Origin: a candidate division WOR-3 bacterium
GTDB lineage: Bacteria > Hydrothermota > Tepidihabitantia > Tepidihabitantales > Tepidihabitantaceae
Direction of reading: 5' to 3'
DNA: 46,789 nt
NCBI GenBank assembly: GCA_039801225.1
Contig: JBDRUH010000008.1
Coordinates: 1 to 46,789 of the forward strand
In this document: piece by piece, positions 27,154 through 37,133 of the stretch
How positions within the stretch are numbered: position 1 is the stretch's first letter
How the letters are laid out: each line of letters starts with the position of its first letter
Translations under genes and position numbers: made by a program
Notes under the pieces: model-generated
Seen by the model: only the letters and a program-made list of their open reading frames with translations
Told to the model about the DNA's origin: nothing
Databases searched by the model: none

Positions 27154-29638
27154 CGGAGTTATCAAGTCCAGTACTGAGCGAATTGGCGGGAAAGGCAATT
27201 CTAAAAAAGAAAAAAAACTACCTTTCCGAAAAGTTCAGAAACGCTCTGGAGAACTGGTAGATTTTGATGAAAATAAAATTACCGCCGCCATTTTTAAAGC
27301 CGCGCGCTCAGTAGGTGGCGAAGACTACGCTCGGGCCGAATGGCTGGCAAAGCGGGTGGTTGAGTTCCTTTATACTCAACGCGGCTTTCATATTCCTACG
27401 GTTGATGAAATTGATGATGCGGTAGAAAAAGTTCTGATAGAATACGGGCATGCCCAGACCGCTAAGGCGTATATCCTTTATCGGGAACAGCGCGCCCGGG
27501 CACGACGCCGTCATGCCGCTTCACTTAAGCCGAAAATTGGCGCCACTCGTGACACTACCGAGTTTGCCCTTTTTGTTCGTTCATCCGATGACACCATCCG
27601 ACAGTGGGATAGGAGCCGAATAGCCCGAACATTGGTCCGGGAGACAGGACTTGATATTGATGAAGCCAATGAAATTGCCCGTGAAGTGGAAGAAATTATT
27701 ATCAACGCCAATGTCAAACGGGTTACCTCCAGTCTGGTTCGGGAACTGGTCAATGCTAAATTGGTTGAGCGGGGTATGGAAGAGCACCGCCGGCGCCACA
27801 CCCGGCTCGGCGTTCCCATTGCCGATGTGGAGAATCTCATCCTCTATAAAAACCGCGAAAACGCCAATACCCCTCACAATCCCGAGGCGATCAATATGAC
27901 CCTTGCCGAATGGACCCTTAAACAATTTGCCCTCTCATCAGTTTTTGACCCGGATATCGCCGACGCCCACATATGGGGAGACCTCCATCTTCACGACCTT
28001 GGCTTTATCAATCGTCCCTACTGCTCCGGTCAGTCCCTGGAGTATGTCAAGAAGTTCGGGTTAAATCTCCCTAACGCCCTCTCCATAGCAACCCCCGCCC
28101 GTCATCCCGAGACACTTCTTGCTCATATGGTAAAATTTTCTGCCGCCCTGCAAGGACATTTTGCCGGCGCCATCGGCTGGGATGCGGTGAATATATTCTT
28201 TGCGCCATTTTTAGTCGGGATGAGCGATAAAGACATTTATCAATTGGCTCAGAACTTGGTGTTTGAATATTCCCAGCAGAATGTCGCCCGTGGTGGACAG
28301 GCAATTTTTTCCGATATAAACCTCTACTGGGAAGTTCCCGCCCACTTTGCTGATGTGGAAGCGATTGGACCGGGCGGCGAATATACCGGCAAAAAGTATG
28401 GTGAATACCTACCGGAGGCGCAGCGGTTTGTCTGGGCAATTTTTGATGTTTATCAAAATGGCGATGGCGCAGGTAGACCTTTCTTCTTTCCCAAACCGCT
28501 GGTGCATTTAACCGATAACTTCTTTAAAACGCCCAGGGCAATGGATTTCCTTTATCACATCGCCGATGTTGCTGCGGAAAAGGGAAATACCTACTTTGTA
28601 TTTGACCGGGGCAAGACCGCCAAGGTAAGTGAATGTTGCCGTCTGAGTTTCCGTTTAGACGAAAATGACCTTAAGGATGCCCGTACCCCTTGGAAGATGC
28701 GTTACTGTGCCCTTCAGAATGTTACGATTAACCTGCCGCGCATCGCCTTTCTTGCCAACCATGATGATACCGCACTTTTTTCTCTTTTGCGGCAACGGAT
28801 GGAAATGGTGGTGCGCGCCCACTTAGAAAAAAAGACCTTTCTTGAAAAATTGCTTTCCCTTAAAAATGAAGGCCCCTTGGCACTACTGACTATGGAAGCG
28901 GATGGTGAACCTTATCTTCGGCTCCGGCGCGCGACCTATCTCGTCGGCATACTCGGACTGAATGAAATGGTTCAGTATCACCTGGGTCAAGAGTTACACG
29001 AAAGTAAAGATGCATTCCAGTTCGGGCTTAAAGTAATCGCCTTTCTCCATCTTGAATGTCAAAGACTGGCAAAGGAACACAATATCCGCTTAGTCATTGA
29101 ACAAACTCCGGCCGAATCCACCGCTTATCGCCTGGCAAAGTTGGACTTGGAACTCTATCCCCAGCAGACCCAACAGGTGGTTAAAGGTGACATTGACTCC
29201 GGAGCGATTTATTATACCAACTCCACCCATTTCAATATCTCAGCACCAATTGACCCGATTGAAAGAGTACAAAAAGAAGGAGCGTTTCACGATATGATAG
29301 AGGCGGGCGCCTTAACCCATGTGTGGCTCGCCGACTCCCGTCCGCCGAAAGAGTCCATCGCCAACTTTGTCCTCAAGACCTATCGCAATACCCGGAATGC
29401 CCAGATCGCCTTCTCACCGGAGTTTACCACCTGTGCCCGATGTTATCGCACCAGTCGGGGACTTTTAAGCACCTGCCCATTCTGCCATTCCGCTGAGGTT
29501 GACCATATCACCAGGGTAACCGGCTACTTTTCCCGAGTATCAGGCTGGAATGCCGGCAAGCGCCAAGAACTTAAGGACCGCTACAAAACCGACTTAAAAA
29601 GCCAAAAAGAACCCGCTAAATCTCGGTCAGGAGTTTAA
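27122..29638 (+). CDS. nrdD: Anaerobic (class III) ribonucleoside-triphosphate reductase
   Basis: ATP-cone, LHLHDL, ECCRL, TPAEST, YYTNS, CxxC...CPFC zinc site, glycyl radical motif RVTGYF. Confidence 0.95.
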   Translation: MAEPKNLKRDSGVIKSSTERIGGKGNSKKEKKLPFRKVQKRSGELVDFDENKITAAIFKAARSVGGEDYARAEWLAKRVVEFLYTQRGFHIPTVDEIDDAVEKVLIEYGHAQTAKAYILYREQRARARRRHAASLKPKIGATRDTTEFALFVRSSDDTIRQWDRSRIARTLVRETGLDIDEANEIAREVEEIIINANVKRVTSSLVRELVNAKLVERGMEEHRRRHTRLGVPIADVENLILYKNRENANTPHNPEAINMTLAEWTLKQFALSSVFDPDIADAHIWGDLHLHDLGFINRPYCSGQSLEYVKKFGLNLPNALSIATPARHPETLLAHMVKFSAALQGHFAGAIGWDAVNIFFAPFLVGMSDKDIYQLAQNLVFEYSQQNVARGGQAIFSDINLYWEVPAHFADVEAIGPGGEYTGKKYGEYLPEAQRFVWAIFDVYQNGDGAGRPFFFPKPLVHLTDNFFKTPRAMDFLYHIADVAAEKGNTYFVFDRGKTAKVSECCRLSFRLDENDLKDARTPWKMRYCALQNVTINLPRIAFLANHDDTALFSLLRQRMEMVVRAHLEKKTFLEKLLSLKNEGPLALLTMEADGEPYLRLRRATYLVGILGLNEMVQYHLGQELHESKDAFQFGLKVIAFLHLECQRLAKEHNIRLVIEQTPAESTAYRLAKLDLELYPQQTQQVVKGDIDSGAIYYTNSTHFNISAPIDPIERVQKEGAFHDMIEAGALTHVWLADSRPPKESIANFVLKTYRNTRNAQIAFSPEFTTCARCYRTSRGLLSTCPFCHSAEVDHITRVTGYFSRVSGWNAGKRQELKDRYKTDLKSQKEPAKSRSGV

Positions 29639-31091
29639 ATTCGGAAGGGTGACATTGATAGTCACTTTTCACATCAATTGTTAACTCGTTCCGACGGGCA
29701 AAACTTGCCAGACGCTCATACCATTCGGTGGTCAAAAACTCAGTTATGGGAGGGGCGGTCAAAATCCTCACCCGGCGTCCTTTGAGGCGAGGAAGTTTCT
29801 TGGTTATTGCCTGTTCAATGCGCATCGCCACATCAGCCCGCGAACGGACTCTTCCGGAGCCGTTGCAAGTAGGACAGGTTTCCGTAATTAAAAACATCAT
29901 TCCTGGGCGGGTCCGCTCCCGGGTCATTTCCAGAAGTCCAAATTGACTCATTTTGGCAAAATCGGCCTTTGCCCGGTCGTTTGCCAGTTGCTTCTTTAAC
30001 TCGCTCACCACCCGTTCAATGTTTTTCGGGTCTTCCATATCAATGAAGTCAATAATGATGAGCCCGGCGAGGTCTCGTAATCTTATCTGCCGAGCGATCT
30101 CTACCGCCGCTTCCAGATTGGTTTCCAGAACAAGTTTTTCCGGGTCCTCCTCTTGTGCCGACCTGCCGGTGTTGACATCAATCACCACCATCGCCTCAGT
30201 TTGCTCAATAGTGATAAAACCACCCGACTTCAACCAAACCCGTTTCTGTAAAATCTTCTCCAGTTCCTCTTCAACTCCGGTTTGCTCCATAATCGGCACC
30301 TCCCCTTTATAAAGTTCCACCCGGTATTTAAACCGCGGTGCCACCCGGCTAAGATACTCAAGAGTCTCGTTATAACATTCTTCGTTATCTATTATAACTT
30401 TTTCCGTATTCTCATTAAGTAAATCCCGCACCACCCGTAAATGAAGCGCCGGCTCGTTATACAAAACCGCTGGCGAGTCCATCCTCTCTGCCTTTACCTT
30501 TACCTCCTCCCAGATTTGCTCCAACTCCTCGTATTCCCGCTTCAAATCCGATATCCTCGCCTCAGACGCTGAGGTCCGGACAATTAACCCGGCTTGGGGG
30601 CTCTTAAACCGTCGGACCATCTCCCGAATCCGATTCCTTTCCCGACGGTCGCCGATTCGCCGCGATACACCAATGCGAGAAAGGTTGGGAAAATAAACCA
30701 GATATCTTCCTGGGATAGCGACAAAAGAGGTGAGCCGGGCGCCCTTTTCGGCAAAAGGGTCTTTTACCACCTGAACCAAAATCTCTTCACCCTCCCGTAA
30801 GGTAATCGTTCTGGGCTCAAGTTTACTCTCCTCGGACTCCTCACCCTCCAATATATCAAACTCGGGAATTTCGGTAAGGGGGAGAAAGCCGTTTTTCCGC
30901 AGCCCAATATTAATAAATGCCCCACGCAAGCCCTTTACCACATTTTCTACCCTTCCCTTGTAAATCCTCCCCAAAAGGTTCTCTTCCTCTGCCCGCTCAA
31001 TATAGAACTCTACCAACTGACCGTTCTCAGTAACCGCGACCCTCTTTTCCCATTCATTAACACTAATGATAATCTTACTTTTAACCCTCAT
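29616..31091 (-). CDS. Rne/Rng family ribonuclease
   Basis: S1 domain GRIYKGRV..V, IDVNTG, TNLEAA.EIARQIRLRDL.G.IIIDFIDM, CPTC.G.G. Confidence 0.95.
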   Translation of the reverse strand: MRVKSKIIISVNEWEKRVAVTENGQLVEFYIERAEEENLLGRIYKGRVENVVKGLRGAFINIGLRKNGFLPLTEIPEFDILEGEESEESKLEPRTITLREGEEILVQVVKDPFAEKGARLTSFVAIPGRYLVYFPNLSRIGVSRRIGDRRERNRIREMVRRFKSPQAGLIVRTSASEARISDLKREYEELEQIWEEVKVKAERMDSPAVLYNEPALHLRVVRDLLNENTEKVIIDNEECYNETLEYLSRVAPRFKYRVELYKGEVPIMEQTGVEEELEKILQKRVWLKSGGFITIEQTEAMVVIDVNTGRSAQEEDPEKLVLETNLEAAVEIARQIRLRDLAGLIIIDFIDMEDPKNIERVVSELKKQLANDRAKADFAKMSQFGLLEMTRERTRPGMMFLITETCPTCNGSGRVRSRADVAMRIEQAITKKLPRLKGRRVRILTAPPITEFLTTEWYERLASFARRNELTIDVKSDYQCHPSEFKLLTEI

Positions 31092-31112
31092 CTTTCCTCC
31101 AATTTTCTCCTC

Positions 31113-33527
31113 TTATGTTACCGGTTCACCAAACGGTGACCTCACCAACCCATTATTTTCCACCAGGCAGTCTTTTCGCTTCACCAGTAAGCGCCGGGCA
31201 TCAGCGTTGGTAATGCCAAAAAGTTGTGCCAATGTGTTAAACAACTTAATACCCGGGGCTATCGCCAGGTCTAACAACAAAACCCCTTCCTTTTCCTGAA
31301 TTAACCGTCGCACCCCTAAAACCTCTGTTGAATTTTGAATTTTGTGCTTTTGGTGCTGAATTTCATAACGCCCTAAGTTTATCAGTTCCCCCAAAGAAGA
31401 ACTACTATTGGGTATTAACCGGGCAGCAACGAATCGCAAACCTTTAGGTAGAAAAGGACCTAAGTCTCGGACGATATTCCCGGAATAAGAATAGGTCAAA
31501 TAAATATCCAGATATTCTCCCTCGGAGAGAACCCCTACTGGTAAAGGCGGACCAAAAGAGAGCATTGGTTTAGGAGCAAACCCTTTGGTCCAGACAATCG
31601 GCAGTTCGCTGCGGCGCAACGCCCGGTAAAATGCCCGAACCCGGTCAAGATGTCCGGCAAAACGAAACGGCTCCTCCACACAATACTTCAACCGAAACCG
31701 GTTCTTCAACTCATTGTAACGAGAAAATTCCCGTCCCCGGTAATCGGCTGCAGACGCCAACTCCAATTTTGCCGGTGGTGAAGGAATTGTTAAGTGCTTT
31801 TCCGCACAAACACCACAATTGGTGCAACTACTGTGAAGGCAATCCGGCGTCTTTTCGCCCTTTCCTGCCCGAAGATACTCCTCTTTAAGAAACTCCTTAG
31901 TTACACCTACATCAATAAAATCCCAAGGTAATTTCTCCTCTACCGGTATCACCCTTAAATAACTTTTCGGGTCAACCCCTGTTTTGGCAAACGCCTCTTG
32001 CCAGATATAAAATTTAAAAAATTCGCTCCAGCCTTGAAATACGCCACCCGCCCGGTAAACCTGCTCAATCACTTTAGCAATTTTGTTATCCCCTCGGGCG
32101 AGTATTGCCTGAACCCAGGCCGATTCGGGGCTTTCCCATTTAGGTTTAATATTTTTTCGGACAAACATCCTCTTGAGTAAATCCATCTTCTCTTTTATAT
32201 CCGACAAATCGGCAAAACCCTCCCATTGCAGCGGGGTGTGAGGTTTGGGAATAAATGGTGTCAGATTAACCCGAACCATCCTATGCCGGCATAACCGGGC
32301 GATTTCATTAACAAACCTACCAATTTCCATCACATCATTAGTATTTTCTCCCGGTAACCCGATGATAAAATACAACTTCACTCCTGCCCAGCCAGCATCA
32401 AGGGCATTTTGAACTGAGTGAATGATTTTTTCTTCTGAGATATTTTTGTTGATATAACGGCGCAACCGGGGGGCAATCGTCTCTGGCGCGAATGTCAAAC
32501 CCGCCTTCTTAACCTCTTGCAGATTAAATGCCAGTTCTAAGGAAAAGTCCTCTCCGCGAGTGGAAGGCAAAGAGATGGCAACCCGGCGCTCGCGCAGTCG
32601 GGAGTTCAATCGTTCAATCAGTTCGGAAAGATAAGGATAGTCTAAAGCAGAAAGCGAAAGCAGAGAAACCTCCTCCCACCCGCTGGCTCTGATGCCTCGT
32701 TCGGCAAGTCTAACCACCTGTTCCACATCCCGAAACCGCATTGGGCGATTTATCATTCCGGCTTGACAAAACCGACATCCCCGGGTGCAACCTCGGGCTA
32801 TCTCAACAGTCAGACGGTCATGAGTGATTTCGCAAATTGGCACCAGCGGCGGAAAGGGAAAATCCTCCTCCCGCAACTGGGCGATAAACCGACGCACCAC
32901 CGGAGTTTGCGAATCGCTATAACCCGGGACATAGACGCCTTTAAGCCGGGCAATTTCCTTTAAAAGTTCATCCCGATGAAGGTGATTCCAGTTGGCATAA
33001 ACCGCGGTAATCTCCTGAACCACCTCCTCGCCGTCGCCAATTACAAACACATCAACAAAATCTGTCAATGGCAATGGATTAACAGTGCAGGGACCTCCGG
33101 CAACTACCAGCGGGTCATCTATTGTCCGTTCCTGCCGATAAAGCGAAATTGAGCAAACCTCTAACAGATACAATAGGTTGGTATAGGAAAGTTCGCTCTG
33201 TAATGAAACACCCAAGATATTAAATTGCCGCACCGGTCGCTTTGACTCTAAAGTATAAAGGGGAATTCCCCGGGACAAAAGCGCCGAGCCAAAGTCTGGC
33301 CAAGGAAGATAACACCTCTCACATACCGTATTAGGTAACCGGTTGAGAATTGAATAGAGAATCTTCAGCCCGTAATTTGATGCACCAATCTCATATACCT
33401 CGGGCATTGATAAGACCCAGGTTACCTGTCCGGGTTCGGGGTCGCGAGAGAAAGAATTATACTCGCCGCCGGTGTAGCGAATTGGTTTGGTAACGAGGGG
33501 TAGAACCTCGCTTATTTGCTCAAACAT
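31113..33527 (-). CDS. B12-binding radical SAM protein (TIGR03960-like) fused to a TIGR03936/DUF2344-like domain
   Basis: KP.RYTGGE.N, YEIG, RGCTRGCRFCQAG, C-terminal GHLD..R...RALRR..LP...KGF.PKP..SF..PLPVG; upstream of Rne/Rng. Confidence 0.9.
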   Translation of the reverse strand: MFEQISEVLPLVTKPIRYTGGEYNSFSRDPEPGQVTWVLSMPEVYEIGASNYGLKILYSILNRLPNTVCERCYLPWPDFGSALLSRGIPLYTLESKRPVRQFNILGVSLQSELSYTNLLYLLEVCSISLYRQERTIDDPLVVAGGPCTVNPLPLTDFVDVFVIGDGEEVVQEITAVYANWNHLHRDELLKEIARLKGVYVPGYSDSQTPVVRRFIAQLREEDFPFPPLVPICEITHDRLTVEIARGCTRGCRFCQAGMINRPMRFRDVEQVVRLAERGIRASGWEEVSLLSLSALDYPYLSELIERLNSRLRERRVAISLPSTRGEDFSLELAFNLQEVKKAGLTFAPETIAPRLRRYINKNISEEKIIHSVQNALDAGWAGVKLYFIIGLPGENTNDVMEIGRFVNEIARLCRHRMVRVNLTPFIPKPHTPLQWEGFADLSDIKEKMDLLKRMFVRKNIKPKWESPESAWVQAILARGDNKIAKVIEQVYRAGGVFQGWSEFFKFYIWQEAFAKTGVDPKSYLRVIPVEEKLPWDFIDVGVTKEFLKEEYLRAGKGEKTPDCLHSSCTNCGVCAEKHLTIPSPPAKLELASAADYRGREFSRYNELKNRFRLKYCVEEPFRFAGHLDRVRAFYRALRRSELPIVWTKGFAPKPMLSFGPPLPVGVLSEGEYLDIYLTYSYSGNIVRDLGPFLPKGLRFVAARLIPNSSSSLGELINLGRYEIQHQKHKIQNSTEVLGVRRLIQEKEGVLLLDLAIAPGIKLFNTLAQLFGITNADARRLLVKRKDCLVENNGLVRSPFGEPVT

Positions 33528-33762
33528 TTAACTTCAAATACTAATTGCGATATATGACAAAGTCAAGAAAACTTTATTACCACTGACTTCTCTTATAACT
33601 CAATTTGATGAATGGTCAGCCCAAAACAAAAGTTTATAATAGACGACCGCTTTAACAAGACAAATAAATTGCCAGTTTGATGGAAAGTGGTATAAATCTC
33701 TTTAAAGCGGGTGCTTAAAGAAGAAAGTGGGAATTTAACACCTCATTTTAGAGCCACTTATT

Positions 33763-34368
33763 ATGATGATTTTCCCCTTTAACTTAACTCGGGTTTTACC
33801 ACAAAACTTAAAATCAAAGAAAAAACCGAGCCAAGAAATGGTTTTACCACCCTAGTGGTGGAGTGGAGAGCCCCCCTAGAAACTCCCTTTTCAGCCCAAG
33901 TCAATAAATTACGAAACTTAACTCAATTTTAACCATCAGAATTTTGTGTATATGTAACTAAACTTAGCCCACCGCCCTGTTTCATATTCCTGTTAAAGTA
34001 AGGCTAAAAGCCCACAAACAATAAAATGAAAATGAAATTGTAGGGCAAGGCTTTAGCCTTGCATAATATTCCCGAAATTCCGTCAATCCGACCGAGCCTC
34101 CTTGCCCCGTTATTCCAAGCCTGCCGAGGAATCTTTAGCAATGGGATTGCTTCGTCGCTTTCGCTCCTCGCAATGACAGTTTGGTCTTTTCTCATTGCGA
34201 GCATCTCTCTCTCATTGCGAGCGGAGCGAAGCAATCCCCTTGCCGGAGATTCCTTCACCATTAAGGGTCTGCCCCAAGTCATACAGAATGAAATTCCTTG
34301 GGAGGCTCGGAATGAGGAACAAGGGAGCTTGGAATGGCAGGAGAAGCAAGCTTTTAGCCTTACCCTAT
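33763..34368 (+). repeat. Composite dispersed non-coding element, copy C
   Basis: Ungapped core 33793-34027 followed by an approximately 330-bp nested inverted-repeat array bounded by GTAGGGCAAGGCTTTAGCCTTGC (34040-34062) and its inverted partner (34346-34368). Confidence 0.9.
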
Positions 34369-34485
34369 ATAAAAACCCCACAATGTAATGCACTCTGTCT
34401 AAGCAGGTGCCTAAGGCACTACCATATCAAACATCAAACCTCACTATACCCTAATGTCCTGTATATATCTTAACTTTTCCAGTGG

Positions 34486-36339
34486 TTATTGATCCAAATA
34501 TGGAGTTTCCCGACTTAGATGGAATAGCGCAATTCCTGTCCTTTCGTCCTGCCACACCTGAGAAACCAAAGGTCGGTATTTTTCTACCCAGTGAATAAAC
34601 CAGGGTGAGCGAAGCCTAATGGTATAAAATCTCTTTAATTTCTCCGGGGAATAGTTGAAAAGGTTGACAAAATAAACATCCCCACCTTTCGTTTGAATTT
34701 CTGCAAGAAGTGTGCTAAGTGCATTCCAGACTCGGGCACTATCTTTCTGGTTTTGCAGGATAAGGTCGGGCAGAACTACTATAAGATTTTCGGGTAAATA
34801 TAGAGTAAGGTAACAAAACTCCGGTTCCCAGTCCCCGATAAGAGCCAGCGGTCTAAAGCCTTCCCCTGAGGAAAAAGATTGCTTCGGGCGGAGCCCGCCC
34901 CGAGCGAAGGGATTCCTCCACTCGCCGTAGGCTCGGTCGGAATGACCGGAGCCGAGGGACCATCGCAATGACAGGAGTGCAGTGTCAGGTTCTTCGCCCC
35001 ATTTTTCATAGTGGGTGACCATCAAGCGGTCAATTTCCTTTGCCACCTGTAGTTTCGGATTTTCACTATTACGGTAAATAAGTTTAATCATATTGGTTCC
35101 GCAAATTAAAAAGAGAATAACGAGAATGAGATTGCGGCGAATGTTGTTTGGTGAACACCTCGGCATATCAAGAAAATTGGCAAGGATTAACCCCAATCCG
35201 ATATTGGCGTATATCCAGATTTTTAAGTGATAAGGTGCCCAGAAAATTGAACTAACCAAGGTGCCTAAAAGAACTGGCAGACCAAAAGAAATTTCTCCTT
35301 TAACCCGTCGGGCTTTTATTTCAAAAATGAGACTGAAAAGAAAAATGGTAACACCGAATAACCAAAACAGTAATATAAAATAAGGTCTATAGCCACCAAG
35401 GGCGATAAAATCTCTAACTCCGGAAAATTCATCAGGCAGAACCGGCAAGATGCTGTTGGTGAAGCCGAGGAACACAGTGAAGAAGTTTAACCACCTCAAT
35501 CCGCCAAATGTCCCCTGTTCCGGGAAAAATGTCAGGGCATTCCAGATTTCGCGGCATCCACCACCCCGAGCCAAAAAGAATAGACCAAAATATAAAATAA
35601 GAGTTATTAGTAGCGCAGTCAAAAAAAGTGTTAACCCCTTCCTAAACTGCCGGTAGATAAAATACCACAGGGCAATAATTGCTGCCACGAGCAAGGATAA
35701 AAGATAAAAGGCGGCACTGATTCCCATAAATATCCCGGCTGCAATCGGCTTTCTTTTCTTAAGAAATAATAGACCCAGAACAAGTAACGGAATCGCTGGC
35801 ATAACTTCGGCAATATCGGTTGCCATTGAACTAAAGGCGTTAAAAAAAGTCAGAACCAATGTTGTCCCCAAAATGGGCAAATAGGCGTCGTCCCGACCGC
35901 TCGTAATGACGGGGGAGAGGGAATTGAAATTTTGTTTTTTGCTGACTAAACCGGAGTTGATACTCTGGGAGCGCAAGGTGAGAAAAAGGGCAAATAGGAC
36001 CAGCGTTACCGCTGCAGAAAGGGCGTTGGCTATCTGAACCGGTTTCAGACCATTCCCTTGGTAACCCAAAAGGATTGCTACTCTATAACTTAAGAATGCG
36101 TATAAAGGGAAAAGCAAATGTTTATGAACATTTTGTTGAAAAAAGTAAGGTTCCTGATAGCCGGTGCGCCAACTGCGAGGATGGTAGGTTTTCATCCCCG
36201 AAGAGTTAATTTTTATATAACGCAAGGAGGGAAAAACACGCAGCCCATCAGGATTATACCGGGTAGATGGCAGGGAAAGATAAATTGTAAGCGCGGAGAC
36301 CATTATTAAAAGAGAAAGAAACAGTTTCTTTTTAAACAT
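34486..36339 (-). CDS. Polytopic membrane protein, possibly GT-C-fold glycosyltransferase-like
   Basis: 617 aa, about 10 or more TM segments, 'NPDG...HLL' N-terminal loop; contains repeat-derived inserts. Confidence 0.6.
   Translation of the reverse strand: MFKKKLFLSLLIMVSALTIYLSLPSTRYNPDGLRVFPSLRYIKINSSGMKTYHPRSWRTGYQEPYFFQQNVHKHLLFPLYAFLSYRVAILLGYQGNGLKPVQIANALSAAVTLVLFALFLTLRSQSINSGLVSKKQNFNSLSPVITSGRDDAYLPILGTTLVLTFFNAFSSMATDIAEVMPAIPLLVLGLLFLKKRKPIAAGIFMGISAAFYLLSLLVAAIIALWYFIYRQFRKGLTLFLTALLITLILYFGLFFLARGGGCREIWNALTFFPEQGTFGGLRWLNFFTVFLGFTNSILPVLPDEFSGVRDFIALGGYRPYFILLFWLFGVTIFLFSLIFEIKARRVKGEISFGLPVLLGTLVSSIFWAPYHLKIWIYANIGLGLILANFLDMPRCSPNNIRRNLILVILFLICGTNMIKLIYRNSENPKLQVAKEIDRLMVTHYEKWGEEPDTALLSLRWSLGSGHSDRAYGEWRNPFARGGLRPKQSFSSGEGFRPLALIGDWEPEFCYLTLYLPENLIVVLPDLILQNQKDSARVWNALSTLLAEIQTKGGDVYFVNLFNYSPEKLKRFYTIRLRSPWFIHWVEKYRPLVSQVWQDERTGIALFHLSRETPYLDQ
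34877..34972 (-). repeat. Nested palindromic element inserted in frame (96 nt)
   Basis: GTCATTGCGA[CCCTCGGCTCCG[GTCATTCCGA..GAGGAATCCC]TTCGCTCGGGGCGGGCTCCG]CGAAGCAATC on the minus strand. Confidence 0.85.
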
Positions 36340-36453
36340 TTGCTGTATGCTCCTTAGGATAGGTAACCAGTTCTCTCTGTCAATGATGACAACCCGTGAG
36401 ATAACGGTCGTGCTTTAATTTGACACAAACGAGCCGCCTTATACTCTTAACCT

Positions 36454-37095
36454 ATGAGAAGTTTTATCTTTGCCGTTATGATGTTGACTATTTGTATAAA
36501 CGGTTGCACTAAACGAACTTCTGAGTATTTTCCGCTTGTTCCTGGTGCCGTGCGGGTGATGAAAGTGTATGAACGAAAGGTTGTGGGAAAAGACACCAGC
36601 GAAAAAAGTGAAGTGCGAGTGGTGGAAATAGTTCGGGGAGAGAAAACAATTCCCCAATTGGGTAAGGTGTGGGTAATGGAGACACCGTTAGATTCCCTCC
36701 GAAGGATAAATTATTTTTACCAAAAACACAATGATACCATATTTAAAATTGTTCCTGGTAGGGGAGGCAAACCAGAACGGATAATTTATCTGATTCAGCC
36801 CCTGGAAGTCCACAGGCAATGGTTTGACAGTGAAGCGGAACGGGAGTTAACCGAAGTGGTCGCTCAAGAGTCGGTAAATGTTCCTGCCGGTCTTTTTCTG
36901 AATACCTACCGAATTCACACGGAAAGCAATAGGGCAAACTTTCAGCAAACCCTCTGGTTGGCACCGGGTGTAGGAGTAGTAAAACGGGAAAAGCGTCAGA
37001 GGTGGAGCAAGGGAAAAACTAATTACGAACTTTACCAAGTTGAGGAACTGGTAGGTTACCAGGTGATGAAAAAGGACAAGTCTCGTCCTAAATAG
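36454..37095 (+). CDS. Lipoprotein of unknown function
   Basis: Lipobox INGC; 'YFPL..G', 'V.VPAG.F' and 'WLAPGVGVVK' motifs. Confidence 0.75.
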   Translation: MRSFIFAVMMLTICINGCTKRTSEYFPLVPGAVRVMKVYERKVVGKDTSEKSEVRVVEIVRGEKTIPQLGKVWVMETPLDSLRRINYFYQKHNDTIFKIVPGRGGKPERIIYLIQPLEVHRQWFDSEAERELTEVVAQESVNVPAGLFLNTYRIHTESNRANFQQTLWLAPGVGVVKREKRQRWSKGKTNYELYQVEELVGYQVMKKDKSRPK

Positions 37096-37133
37096 CTCAA
37101 CGCACTACGCTTTTGAGCGGCTCTCACCGTAGA

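Noticed and set aside
27122..29638. Intein or intron in nrdD
   Set aside because: No C/S...HN-C/S/T splice motifs or LAGLIDADG blocks seen; extra length is explained by the N-terminal cones
10368..34027. Copies A and C as a DGR template/variable repeat pair
   Set aside because: Mismatches involve all four bases in both directions rather than adenines only, neither copy is in a gene 3' end, and no reverse transcriptase is in the window
8745..34473. Track ORFs over repeat regions (8745-8933, 10504-10749, 18934-19143, 18956-19360, 34004-34393, 34059-34388, 34195-34473)
   Set aside because: They are translations of palindromic repeats (HCERSEAI, SLRGAKATKQS) and are not conserved in frame between copies
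36420..36445. TTGACA...TATACT promoter before the lipoprotein gene
   Set aside because: Spacer is only 14 nt, so it was not counted among the leaderless promoters
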